From Hydrolagus colliei (Eukaryota): a DNA stretch of 64,000 nucleotides. The stretch is from assembly GCA_035084275.1 (NCBI GenBank), contig CM068769.1, forward strand, positions 558,001 through 622,000, given 5' to 3'. Position 1 is the stretch's first letter; the number at the start of each line of letters is the position of its first letter. The notes under the pieces were generated by a model that ran no database searches, was not told where the DNA came from, and saw only the letters and a program-made list of their open reading frames with translations. Below are positions 23,876 through 35,911 of this stretch, piece by piece. A program made the position numbers and the translations under genes.

Positions 23876-26299
23876 ATCTCCAGTTACGCACTTAATTCCC
23901 CAGAGTGTAAATTAAAGCAACTTCGCTCCATACCGACAAGCTCCCATCTTCATTTATTACAGAGAGTGTGGAGAAGTGCATGGGAAGAACCAAGGTTTTG
24001 TGATCCCAGTGTGCGTCCTGAGGTTCCTGTTGAAATGTAACAAACCAAAGCTGAAATGCTTCTCAATAGAACGAATCTATTTAGAATCTATTTCAATAAC
24101 CGTGTGTATTGTATTGTCACAGACGCACCTGACATAAAGCTCTAGAAGAGAAACGAAGTGATAAACAGTCGCATTGTTGCTGCTCGCTAAATACCTTTGC
24201 ACCAGAATATCATTATACATATTGCTTGTCGACGTAGAGATGTTTCAACATTACTTCCGTGACAGAACAGCAGTGCTTCATGTCACGACCTCCTGTGGCC
24301 TTGTTGGCTAGACTAAGCAAATTCCCTGCTGGTCGACCTTCGTAATTCCCCCCTCTGTAGGCTGCAGATAATCCAGAACTCTACAGCCCGTGTCCTCCAC
24401 GGTTCCCAACTCCGTGACCCCTTTTCCCCTATTCGTGCCCGACATCAATGGCTCCCCATCATTCAGAGGATCCAGTTCAAGATCCTGGTCCTCACATTTC
24501 ACGCAATCCACAACCTTGCCCCACCCTTTATCCGTGACCTCCTATCCCATTACCAAACTGCCCGTCCCCTCCGCTCAGCTGTCTCTGGCCTGTTCCACGT
24601 CCTCCGACCCTCCCGCCCAACGATTGGCAGGTGAGCCTTTAGTCACTCTGCTCCCAACCTCTGGAACACCATTGTGATGCCACTCCTCCTCGCCACCTCC
24701 CTGGCCACCTTCACGTATCTAACCATGGCTCTCCTCTTCGTACCCACAAGGGTTGCAATGCGCAACTGGCTGTTGAGTTTCATCAACAAACATACAGTTA
24801 GTTAATTTATGTTAATTATTCTGTTATTATTTTTGCATCATTACTGAGTGACGACGTTATTATAAATGGACCAAAAACAAGTACTACGATAAGAACGCCA
24901 TTTGAGAAAAAATATACATGAATCAATACTGAATAAAACTGAATCCCTTTGCACAACAACACAATCTCTCTCGAAAGTAATCTGTTTTTTAGTTTAATGA
25001 ACATATAATTTCATAGGTTGAAATGGCTAATTTTATCAGCGTGTTTTTCTTGGCGAGATTATTATCAGGTGTGTGTGTATATTTACGTGTATATATCTCT
25101 GTGTGTGCTTGCGTTCGTGGAATAGGAAAGCTTGTCCAAGGTTCCACCCTTAACTGCCTGGATTCGAACACATTTCTCACGCTTGTGAAGCGAGTGCTCT
25201 AACCACTGAGATACAGGATCTCCGCAGTGTGTGGAACAGATCCATATGAAGTGCTTTTGTGACACTCGAGTATGTGTTATATCAATGGTAAAGAGCATTA
25301 TTATTATTTCTATGACTTTCCCTCTTTCCATACATGAATGTATCCACCACTTTGGTTTGCAGTTGAGATATTGTCACATATTTCCACTGCGAGCGACAGC
25401 AGCAAAGTCAGTAATTGTCAAATATGTCATTAGTCATTACTAATATATGTGCAGCGATTAAAGCATTTGTCTGCCCGTGGGTGTTTTAATATCAGTGGTA
25501 TAATGTGACGGTAACACAGTGTGTGAAAGAATAATAATAACAAATCTTATTTATCAAAAGTATAAAATGTAAGGTTTATTAGTTTTAGTTTCACTCTTTC
25601 CTTACATGAACCACACTATCACTACTTCTGCTTCTGGTTGGAAATCAGTCACGAGTTTCCTCTGAGACACAGCAGCAGAGTCAACAAATTGTCAAACAGG
25701 TCAACAGTCATTCCAGGCCTCTGAGCTGAGATTAAACCTTTTCTCTCCTATTAGCAGGTTATTGTAAAGTGGGGGCAAGCTGACAGCAGTCTGATTCTAA
25801 CATGGCTTGTGTGATCGCATGTTTACTGTGGCTGTGCTGGATGCAGCCACAGTGACAGTCAACCACTTCAATGGACTTCCCGACGTGAGAGGCGCTCTGC
25901 ACACGTCATTGTGTTGTTCTTGATGTTGGGTTCGATACCAGGACAGTGCAACACATTGGGCAGATATCCATACTCCACAGGCCTCAGTTTAAAATACATC
26001 CATTAGGAAAACTGTTCTATTGAAATAGCGGTGTGCTATTCCTTGGGTATTTTTACTTTGATAAAAACTAAATATTACTTTACAACATTCGCCTTATTTA
26101 CGAAGTCTTCATAAGAGTAGATTCCAAATACAGTGAGAACTGTGTTTGGAATACACACAGGGCGAATCCTTCGGCAAATTTATTTAATCCACACGCCCAA
26201 TAGTAATCCGTCCCATACCAAAAAATGTATCACCAATCATAAATTGGTCATTTACATCCACTACTGTGTTTGGGGACGTTGCTGCGCGCAATTGGCTGC

Positions 26300-27122
26300 C
26301 CGACATCGGGCGCTGCCAGCCTCAATATACAAGGCTGTACTCTCCACCGCACAAATTCAGTCAGGAACCTCGGCATCACATTCGACCAAAAGCTCTCCTT
26401 CCTCCCCCACATTCGTGCATTGACCGGCGTCGCTTACTTCCACCTGCGCAATATTGTCAGGCTCCGCAATTATCTCACCCACCACGCTGCCGAAACACTC
26501 CTGCACGCGTACATCACCTCAAGGCTGGACTACGGAAACGCTCGCCTCGTCGGCCTACCCAGCTCCTCCATTCACAGGCTGCAGGTCATCCAAAATTCTG
26601 CAGCCCGTGTATTATCCCGCACCAGCCTCCGCGATCATATAACCCCCACCCTGGCCCGACTCCACTGAATCCCCATCCTCCAGAGGATCGAGTTCAAGAT
26701 CCTCGTCTTCACCTTCAAGGCCTTACACGGCCTTGCCCCGCCCTATTTAACCGAATTACTCTCCCCCTACAAGCGCACCCGGAACCCCCGTTAAGCAGGA
26801 CTTGGCCTGCTCCAAGCCCCCCGCCCGAACCGCCCCACCATCGGAGGCCGGGCCTTCAGTTTTTATGCTCCGACCCTATGGAATTCCATCCCCTAATCTC
26901 TCCGTCTCGTTTCTTCCCTTTCCTCTTTCAAGGAAGGTTTGAAGACTTTCCTCCTCGACCGTGCCTATTGTTCCACCCCGAATTCTTCGACCTCCCCTAA
27001 TTGTTTCACCCTTTTCCGTACACTACCTTCCCAGATCGGGTCACACGCCTCCTGTGCAGCGCCGTGGAACGTCTTCCCGACGTGAAAGGCGCTTTATAAG
27101 TGTAATTTGTTATTGTTGTTGA
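26300..27122 (+). mobile_element. L2 LINE 3' portion
   Basis: Closely matches the reverse complement of 14290-15085 (NSVRNLGITFDQKLSFLPHI...). Ends in a TTG-rich tail. Confidence 0.92.
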
Positions 27123-27505
27123 TGTTTCTCTCTCCCATAAACAAACAGTCAAATCACTTGACAATGTATTCTATGAAGCGCTGTGAGTCGCTTAGAGTAG
27201 TCGTGAAAAGCGATAAAGCGAATGCAAGTATTATTATCATTACTGCTGTTATTATCCACTTGTCTTAATTCCAACAAACATGTATCACAATCTTCTATCG
27301 GTTGATTAATCAACACATATAATACAGAGCTAGTGATGCATTTCCTTTTCTTTAATTGACTTGATATGAAGTAAATCAAGTGTAAGCTGTGGGGACAGAT
27401 AACTGATGGCTTGTTACATGGTGTCTCACTGCTCTTTACTGATTCCCAGCGTTTGGTTGTGATTAGGGTTATTGTACGAGGCTTCCTATGATGTGTATCA
27501 CTGTG

Positions 27506-27798
27506 GTGCAGACTGACTGCACAGTGATACATAGCGGAGTCTGGCAGCTGCAGGCTGGCGATGGATAAATAGCTGATTTTCTTGGCAGTGTCAAGAGAAG
27601 CAGAAATATGATCTCCAGTGGGGTTTCCTCCCTCTCCTGTAGTGTTTCTGTGGAGAAGGTATTTCGGTGCCTCACCAAGGGACTGACGGTACCAGGAGAC
27701 AATGAAATTCTGTCCGCAGAATCCTGAGTATTGGCATTGTAAATCCACTCTCTCTCCAGCAATAGACTTTGTTTCAGGCGGTGACTGGTGTATCGATC
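27506..27798 (-). CDS. Leaderless supporting V-delta segment of a NAR-TCR cassette
   Basis: Acceptor CCCTCCACGTAG|GA directly before SIHQSPPETK, with no convincing leader exon. LQCQYSGFCGQNFIVSWYRQ has an extra CDR1 Cys (27718-27716). Ends DSAMYHCAVSLH. RSS CACAGTG (27505-27499)/23/ACAATAACC. Confidence 0.85.
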
Positions 27799-29164
27799 CT
27801 ACGTGGAGGGAATCACAGGATAGTGAGCATTTCAATGGCATAGCGTTGTACAGCAATTAAGGAGGACATTAGGACAATTATTTATTTGCCAGCTGTTTGG
27901 GGCAATTGTCCAACTCATCCCACTTCCATTGTTGCCCCACATTCTTGACACATTTTGCTTCTGCATTACTCCACCGGTCCATTTCCACTTTAAAATGGAT
28001 AGTTTAACAGGCTTATGCAAGAATATCAGGCAGCGGATTGCAGATTATCATAACTTTGAAATTTATAACAAATTCTCTTTTTCTCCCGTTTGCTTCTTTT
28101 TTTAAAAAAACTTTAAAACACATGTCCTTTGATTACTGACCCACTGGCCAATGGAAACAGTTTCTATGCTCCCCTTTTATCAGATACTATTTTAACATTC
28201 ATTGCACTCATGAAAAGTTGATCTCTTTGTATGTGTCAATTGCTTCTTTGCTGTAACCATTCTATTAAATCGTCTTTCAATAATAACCAATACTTTAATA
28301 TCCTTCTTATCCTGTCAATAAAAGACACTTTAGATACACTTTTCACCTAAACCATAAAGTTACTCTAATAATAATACTTGCATTTGTTTTTGCGCTTTTC
28401 ATGTCCTCTAGCAGCCTCAAAAACCTTCAAAGAATATACTGTAAAGTGAATTGACTATATGTGAGTGGACGAAGCGCGGCACCCGAACAATAATAACACT
28501 ATTATTACTGTTTTAATATAGGCGATTTTCCCAATTTATCGACGTCGCAAAGCGCTTCACAGAATATACTGTAAATTGGAATGATTCTATATTTGTGGGA
28601 CAAACGCGGCAGCGAATTGCGCACAGCAGTGTTCCTCACAAACAGTCGTGGATTGGTTTGACCAATGTAGATTATTGTGGGATTTTTTCACGGATTATTA
28701 TTAGAAGTGTGGAGAAAGGTAACTTGCCCAAGGTTTCGCCCTATTCTTGCTGGATTCGAACACGGGTCTCACGCTTGTAAGTGATTGCGATATCCACTGA
28801 GCTATAATCCACAATAAAATAGTTTAACTGATTCTATACGGGTTTGCTGTTGTAGATTGCCCCCACTGAAGACCTGGTTGTCTGTGATCATGGGAATGTT
28901 TAGCAGAGAATCAGATGTCGGTGTACACAGTTAACTCCGTTGAATTAAAGTTGAGTAAAATGGAATTCCCCTCTGTAAATGTCGTGACATTAACATCGCT
29001 GCTGGAGGAGGTGAATTAAGTCTCTGGCTTGTTTCCAAAATCAGTTTTGTCTCAGTCTGTTAGCCTCTAAATGCAGTTTCATTTTTGCCAGAAGAAAACT
29101 GCTTTCCATAAAAAGTGTTAAATAATTGCTTAAATATGTTTGTTTCTTTGTTTGTGCATTTGTT

Positions 29165-29430
29165 TATTTATTTGTTTCCTTCTTTGATTCTTTCCTTGTT
29201 TCTATCCTTGTGTCTTTCCTTGTGTCTTTCCTTGTGTCTTTCCTCGTGTCTTTCCTCGTGTCTTTCCTCGTGTCTTTGCTCGTGTCTTTCCTAGTGCCTT
29301 TCCTCGTGCCTTTCCTCGTGCCTTTCCTCGTGCCTTTCCTTGTGTCTTTCCTTGTTCCTTTCCTTGTTTCTTTCCTCGTGCCTTTCCTTGTGTCTTTCCT
29401 TGTTTCTTTCCTTGTTTCTTTCCTTGTTCC
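29165..29430. repeat. 12-bp unit tandem repeat (TTTCCTYGTGYC)n
   Basis: About 20 degenerate copies running into the assembly gap. Confidence 0.9.
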
Positions 29431-29752
29431 NNNNNNNNNNNNNNNNNNNNNNNNNNNNNNNNNNNNNNNNNNNNNNNNNNNNNNNNNNNNNNNNNNNNNN
29501 NNNNNNNNNNNNNNNNNNNNNNNNNNNNNNNNNNNNNNNNNNNNNNNNNNNNNNNNNNNNNNNNNNNNNNNNNNNNNNNNNNNNNNNNNNNNNNNNNNNN
29601 NNNNNNNNNNNNNNNNNNNNNNNNNNNNNNNNNNNNNNNNNNNNNNNNNNNNNNNNNNNNNNNNNNNNNNNNNNNNNNNNNNNNNNNNNNNNNNNNNNNN
29701 NNNNNNNNNNNNNNNNNNNNNNNNNNNNNNNNNNNNNNNNNNNNNNNNNNNN
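29431..29752. other. Assembly gap (322 N)
   Basis: Run of N. Confidence 0.99.
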
Positions 29753-30420
29753 TCCAATCTATCTCTCCCCCTTTCCCCTTCATCTCTCTCTAATTTACCT
29801 GAGATGCTTCCTACACGTGTATTTGCTTACATATTGGCAACATACCGTGTTTTCGTGTTAATGAATAGTTAGTTGCTTGTTTCTGTAGAATATGATATAG
29901 TTCAGTTGGAACACTCAACTTCCATACAGAGGGGAAATTGGTGAACATTTCAAGTTATCGACCTCGCTTCAGACAATCCTTGGTTTGAATAGAACAATTT
30001 AAAGCATGTTTCATATTGGAGACATTTCATTGAGAGTTGACTTCTCGATGGATTCGCGGCAGAGAGTGTCTATAATATGCCACTGGAACTCACATATCCT
30101 GCGTCAATCATTTGTCTGAATTTACAGTTAAATTATGTATCTAGGCATGTTCCTTTGTAAACCATCTCCAGAAAAAGTGCAATGGCATAAAACCAAAAAG
30201 GGAGTAGATGCAGTTAATCAGAGGAAAAAGCCTATTAGCGGAAGCTGTCTAGTCTTTTAAAATCACAAGCATATCTTTTATTTTTCAAACGGCGGTCAAG
30301 GGGAATGTTGGCATGACACATTTGAAATTAACTAGGCAATTTGTTAAAATAAGCAGTGCATTTTAGAAATTCAAGTAACTCATGTTTCGTTTTATTTCAG
30401 TAGAATTTATTATCACTTAC

Positions 30421-30476
30421 TTTTTGTTACTGTGACATTGGTTCCTGATCCATCTAAGGTATATTCCTCCCAAGGA
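30421..30476 (-). CDS. NAR-TCR J segment
   Basis: PWEEYTLDGSGTNVTVTK+A, then a GTAAGT donor (phase 1). Preceded by RSS heptamer CACAGTA (30477-30483 on +)/23/GCAAAATAT. DGxGT matches IgNAR-type J. Splices in frame to the V at 27798 (TK-R-SIHQ). Confidence 0.88.
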
Positions 30477-30858
30477 CACAGTAACCCAGCGCTCGTAATA
30501 CAAGGCGCAAAATATATTCTACCTGATTATGATTGAATACTGCCACGAAGTAAATATAAATGATAACAAGTTAGTTGTTAGTTTCTACATTTCTACCACT
30601 TTTTCATCACAATACATGCATCGTGTCCAAATTTGGTTTGATTTCAATGTAATTTCCACCCATCATGAACAAATTGCCTCGCCCAGAAAACATATAACAG
30701 TAAATAATTCTAGAGTTGTCTGCTTCAAATGGCTAATCCAGAAAGCAAACTTCTGACAAATACAGCGCAATAAAACATGGCACAGCAATTAGTGTTGATC
30801 TGCAATGTAATTCCATGTAAACAGCCGCACGGTATTTGTGCTCATGGATTCCAATGTG

Positions 30859-30875
30859 GCTTTCCAAAAAGCCAG
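30859..30875 (-). CDS. NAR-TCR D segment (17 nt, 12-RSS on both sides)
   Basis: On +: GGTATTTGT-12-CAATGTG [GCTTTCCAAAAAGCCAG] CACAGTA-12-ACAAATATA (30831-30903). Minus-strand frames read LAFWK / WLFGK / GFLES. Confidence 0.88.
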
Positions 30876-31266
30876 CACAGTATTTGCTGTCAACACAAAT
30901 ATAGTATTTTGCAAAAACAGTGTAACACTATCTGGTCAAGTACAATTTATCAATAAATGATATCACGTGTACAAATATTTTGAAGATATTCCTATTCAGA
31001 TTTGATATGTCGTCTATTCGATATACATAAACTGCGATATATGCCAATTGCACTCACATTCAACGTCTTTTAACACTACCTACATTTTCCTAAGTGTTCA
31101 CCAATAATGCTTGTTAATCGAAGAGAATGTTATGAAACACAATTCACATCTCAACACACTGGAAAATGTGCATTGAATTCATTGACAACGTCACATTGAC
31201 TGTGTGTTGTCTTTGAATTGACGAAGAAGCTTTTTGTATTGTTGGAAGCCTGGATGCAGCATTGTG

Positions 31267-31971
31267 TTGTACCACAGATATTGAGATACACATCTGTAGG
31301 TAGCGCTGTCTGCTACTTGCAAATCATTAATTTCCAGCGTGGATGTCTTTGTTCCCACTTTGATAACATCAAACCGTCTTTCGCGAGGGATGGACATCCA
31401 ATCTCCACCATTTGGAAACTGCCTTTGAAGTGCCAATCTAATGGATCTGTACTTCCCACGATTCCCTTCTGCAAACACGCAGTTGATGGTCAAAGAATCA
31501 CATTCTTCGTTGGTAACAGAAGTTGGTGTCTGTGTTAGGGTCTGACTGAAAACATCTGAAACATACACAACATGACGTCAGGTTAATACAGGCACAACTT
31601 TGACCTGTACCATTAGCAGCAAATCCTGATGCTTGGCATGAGTTGAATTGATTTCAATTAATACAATAATAATATAATTATAATATCATGTTTAATTAAT
31701 AAAATACAAGCAGAACAGTTTAATCGATAGCAATCGGCTGCTACTTTTCGCCCGCAAAATAAAAATAAGTACGGTCACTTCGACATACAATATACACTGT
31801 GAAGCGCTTTAAGACGTTTCATCGATGTGACAAGCCTCTGTATCAAAGCAAGCAATAATGTAAATTATTGTAAGGCACAGGGTGACGATGGTATTCACTC
31901 GTGCCGTGTAATTGGAACAAAAACTCACGTTGTAAGAAGTGGAAGGCGATGGAGACAGAGATGAGATGCAT
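31267..31971 (-). CDS. NAR-TCR (IgNAR-like) V segment with leader
   Basis: Leader 31971-31929 gives MHLISVSIAFHFLQ(H)VFS. V exon 31555-31267 QTLTQTPTSVTNEECDSLTINCVF...LEINDLQVADSATYRC aligns by eye to IgNAR V FR1/FR3, with short FR2 and no true CDR2. Extra FR1 Cys at 31502-31500. RSS CACAATG/22/ACAAAAAGC. Confidence 0.9.
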
Positions 31972-34900
31972 TCTTTCCTCGCTGGACAACTGAATGACTG
32001 TGTGTAACAGCGGGATGTTCTGCGTCAGCTTTAGAGACTAAATTATACTTGTACAGACTCTTTCCCGTCAGGAGAATCACATTAGCGTGTGACGTGATGG
32101 CCGGTGATAGCGGAATTGGGGTTGGAGGAGGGCGGGGCGAGAAACGATTTAAGGAAAGGGAGTGACAAACTGTGCAAGTGAGCAGGGGGCAGAAGGGGAT
32201 GATTTGGGTGTGACTGTTGAACAAAATGGGCAATTGGCGAGGGCAGTGATAGGAAAGAAAGTGAAGAGACTTCCAGAGGGCAAACGGCAGCGTAATGTAG
32301 AGAGGGCCTCTGTTGTGAGTTGGTAAAGACAAATTAGCAACGACAGCAACAAAATTAGACTGATCGAGCGCTCTTCACGTCGGTAGGAGGTCACAATGCG
32401 CTGTACATCGAAGTCGGGACCAGCGAATTAGGGCAAAGTATCAGTGTACTTGTTAGCGGAAGAAGAGTAGGAATGAGGGGGATTGAGGAGGGGGAGTTGG
32501 AGAGAGTTGAGACGGGAGAGAGAGAGTCATGTGGCTTGTGAGACAGTTGAAAGAATTGGTAGAGATTTGGGAAGTGAGGGAGAGAGTTGGCAGCGGAGGG
32601 AGAGAGTATGCAGGAGGAGAGATTTGGAAATGAGGGAGAGAATTGAGACGATGAGAGAGTTGGAGGGAGGAGAAGAAAGTTGGGAGCGGAAGAAGAGTGT
32701 TGAGCGGGATGGGAGAGAGTTGTGAGTGGGAGGGAAAGAATTGGGAGGGCAGAGAGCAGGGATGGGAGGGAATTGGTAGGTGAGGTAGAGAATTGTAGAG
32801 CAGAGAGAGAGTACGGCATGGAGGCAGAGAGTTGGGAGGGGAGAGTAAGATATTTGGGAGGGGAGGGGGATTGTTTGCAGGGTAGCGCGAAAGAGTTGAG
32901 AGGGCAGATGATGTGTGAGGAGGTGCAACTAGAAACTAGGGTAAAGGCATTGTGTGTGCGTTCAGTGGCTGGAGTCGTATGTCGGAGAGAGTAATGGAGG
33001 GCTGCAGTGGGACACAGTGAAAGAAGATTTGACAGCTAATGGATCAATTGAAACGTTTCAAAACTTCCCAGCTGCTGTACCAAGTTAGAGCGTTTGTAGC
33101 ATAAATATTTATATTAAATCTCGGCCAGTCCATCTCTCTGCCTAAGTCTCTGCCTTTCAAATGGAGGGCAGTTGTGGCGAAAATTATTAACTGATTTACC
33201 TAGCTGCAATTAGGAAACCGCTTATTCGTCGTTTGTCCAGTGGCTTTGGACGGTAAAACGCGTCTTCAAATTAATATTAATAATTGTGTGATCGCTGATT
33301 CCACGATTGAGTGCTGGACTTCGATGTTCATAATAGACTGCAAATTTTGTCCACGAAACACACAACAGCGACTTATATTTATTTAGCGCCCTTCAAGCCG
33401 GATGGAGTCTCAGAGCGCTTCAGAATAAAGGTATAAGTCAAGGACAGCGGGAGAAAGGTGACCGAATGTGACACATTCAATACTCCTGTAACCTGTCAAG
33501 CGCTTGGAGCCCTCTCGATCAAGCAATCAGCTGGTATATAAAATGTCAGTATTAGGGCTATCATGTTGTTTATCCAAACAGAGTGTAATCCACTTTCCAA
33601 CTGGCATTTGTAATAAGTATGGAGATGGTTGAGGGCATGTGAGCAGGAGACGATCCCTTATGGACATAGACGTTTCACGTCATTTTTGGTTTCATGATGA
33701 AGAGTGAGGAGAATGCAGTTTGTGTGTGAAAGTGGTGATATTATCGATCATTCTGGAGACAATTTATTGATGATACTCATAATAATCATTAGATGTCATA
33801 TTGTGATTTATCACGTACTCGAGATGCCTCCAAGCGCTTCACAGAATGTGCGGTACAACGGAGTGACTTTGTGTTTTGGGGGTGAAACATTACGCAATGA
33901 TGGACTGCAGCATCTCACGGACAGCAGTATTTGGAATGATCAAGTTATTGGATAATATATATTGATTGCATTTTTTGTAGCAAATTATTATTTCATTTAT
34001 TTTCATTGAAATATTTATTTATTTTTGTTAAATTCTTACTTAATTATTCAGAATTGTTGTTGTATTTTGGTTCACATACACTTATTATTTATTATTTCAT
34101 GTATTTTTGTCACGTCTGTCTGTAATTATATTTGTAGTTATGAAACAACGACTTTGTTTCTGTGTTTATTCGCCTGATTCGTTTGTTCGCTTGTTTACTT
34201 TCCAAGGATAATTTCCAGTGGAACAAGACTCGCCAATCGAGTAAATAGGAACACCAGGTTCCTATTTACTGTTTAGTAAAGAAAGGCACATGTCATAAAG
34301 AAACTTTCTCTAGGTTTCGTGTAGACTGTGAATCAAAAGCAGGACCTCTCGCTTGTGAGATTGGACCTCTCGCCATCAAATTAGAGCACTCCACATTATT
34401 TGTTAGATGGCGGCATCTAGTGGTGGTTCAGGAGAATGACAGGCGAATGGTTTGAGTTGATTTAGGAAACATGCAAGTTGGTTTTCAGTTAACCGAGTAA
34501 CCATTGAATGCGGGATAAGTCGTACAACATTAATATTAATATTCCGCTCACACCAACACTCTCCTCCACAACCACACCTTCCATACAGACTGATTCGCCG
34601 GAGCAACTCTCCGCCTCCCACGCCCTCGCATCCCGTGTCTCTCCCACGAATCCACCCAACCCCACAAAGCTCTCCTCTCTCCATAGCTCTCGCCTCTCCA
34701 CATAACTACCACACTTCTAAAAGCGCAACCCCACCCACACTCCCCCCAACCCCCCCCCCCCCCTCTACACACTCCTCAATCTCGCAGAGAGGTTCAAAAA
34801 ATGAATCTGTTGCACCATTGAAGACTCAAATTTGCTCTCCGCCGAAAGGACGGAAAATAAACTCAAGTTGTTTTATTTGTTCTTGTCGTTAAAGACGCAA

Positions 34901-35596
34901 TATATCACAACCTATTTTGCTGTGAAGTAACCCAACTGTGTATACATTGGGGAGCGTGACAGCCAGATAGCACTGTTCAAGTGCGGATGGGTTCCAGATA
35001 CCCTTGTGAATGGAACCAACAACTAGAACACAGTACACTTCTTGCAGCTTCCTTCACTATGTAACGTAGTCCAGGGGCGCTGGGCTATGAGGGATTTTGT
35101 ATTCCAGACAAAAGTTGGCTTCTCAGTTGGGGTGGAGTGCTGGGGTAGTGCCGATGGAATGGTGACTAACTCCACGGTCAAGGAGGAGAATTATAACATG
35201 ATAATCTCATTTTTCTGGAAAATTTCACATCGGGCAGAGTTCCCAGTTTGCTGGACAGTTAGTGTTTCGAACCACAGTTTGGGCTCGGAATCGGGAAGGT
35301 TGAATGGCAGTGGGAGTTGGAGGTTGACGAGAAGCACATTCGATATAGAGTGACTCAGATGGGTCTTGAGGGAAGTGGAAGAGAGAGAGGTCGAGACAAA
35401 CGGAGAGCAATATAGAGCTCCATGGAGTGGGGTCGGAGAATCAGCCGACCATCAATGATTTCTTTGGTTTATTGGATCATTTAATCGATTCCCTGCGAAT
35501 CCTCCAGGCCTGACTAAGATTCCACATCCTTTCCAACAAGTTGTACAAAATGAAAGCAGTTTCTGTTCGAGCCCTGCAGTGTAATCAACCACTGTG

Positions 35597-35911
35597 GTGA
35601 GACTGAAGGCACGGTGATACACTGCGCTCTCAGATACTAGCAGCTCAGAGATGGAAAAACTGGTGAAAGAACTAGATTCCTGCAGCTGAGCAGCGCAACG
35701 TTTTCGAAATCCTGTTCGTTTCACCAGATCGCCATCACCAGAATATATCTCCGGACTGTAAACTCTGGGTGTTTGTCTGGGTAATGTCTGTACCAGAAGA
35801 GATAGTAATTGCTTGCAGTAGTGGTGTGGGTACACACAATATTGACAGCTTCTCCTTCTTTCGTAACCACCGTGGCAGCTTTCTGACTGACATAATCAGC
35901 GTCACAGACTT
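35597..35911 (-). pseudogene. TCR V segment V5 (family C), pseudogene
   Basis: VCDADYVSQK...IVC...YLFWYRHYP. Frameshift near 35745-35755 and second Cys changed to Arg (VYHR). RSS still good: CACAGTG/23/ACAGAAACT. Confidence 0.9.

Noticed and set aside
25515-25545. Isolated CACAGTG
   Set aside because: No nonamer at 12 or 23 bp.
27149-27856. 235-aa ORF as a single protein
   Set aside because: It reads through intron, V exon, RSS and downstream flank. Only 27798-27506 is the exon.
27990-28050. Possible leader exon for the supporting V (ATGATAATCTGC...CTTGCATAAG)
   Set aside because: No GT donor, an in-frame stop and weak hydrophobicity. Absence of a leader fits the NAR-TCR model.
29126-29872. 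Long ORFs such as (SFLV)n and (KGTR)n
   Set aside because: Translations of the 12-bp tandem repeat and N gap.
32391-32994. Ser/Leu/Pro-rich or Glu/Arg-rich ORFs (also 40238-40691)
   Set aside because: Purine/pyrimidine-biased low-complexity DNA with no domain motifs.
33013-33040. CACAGTG-12-ACAGCTAAT on plus
   Set aside because: Weak nonamer and no adjacent D/J/V-like coding sequence. At most a cryptic RSS.
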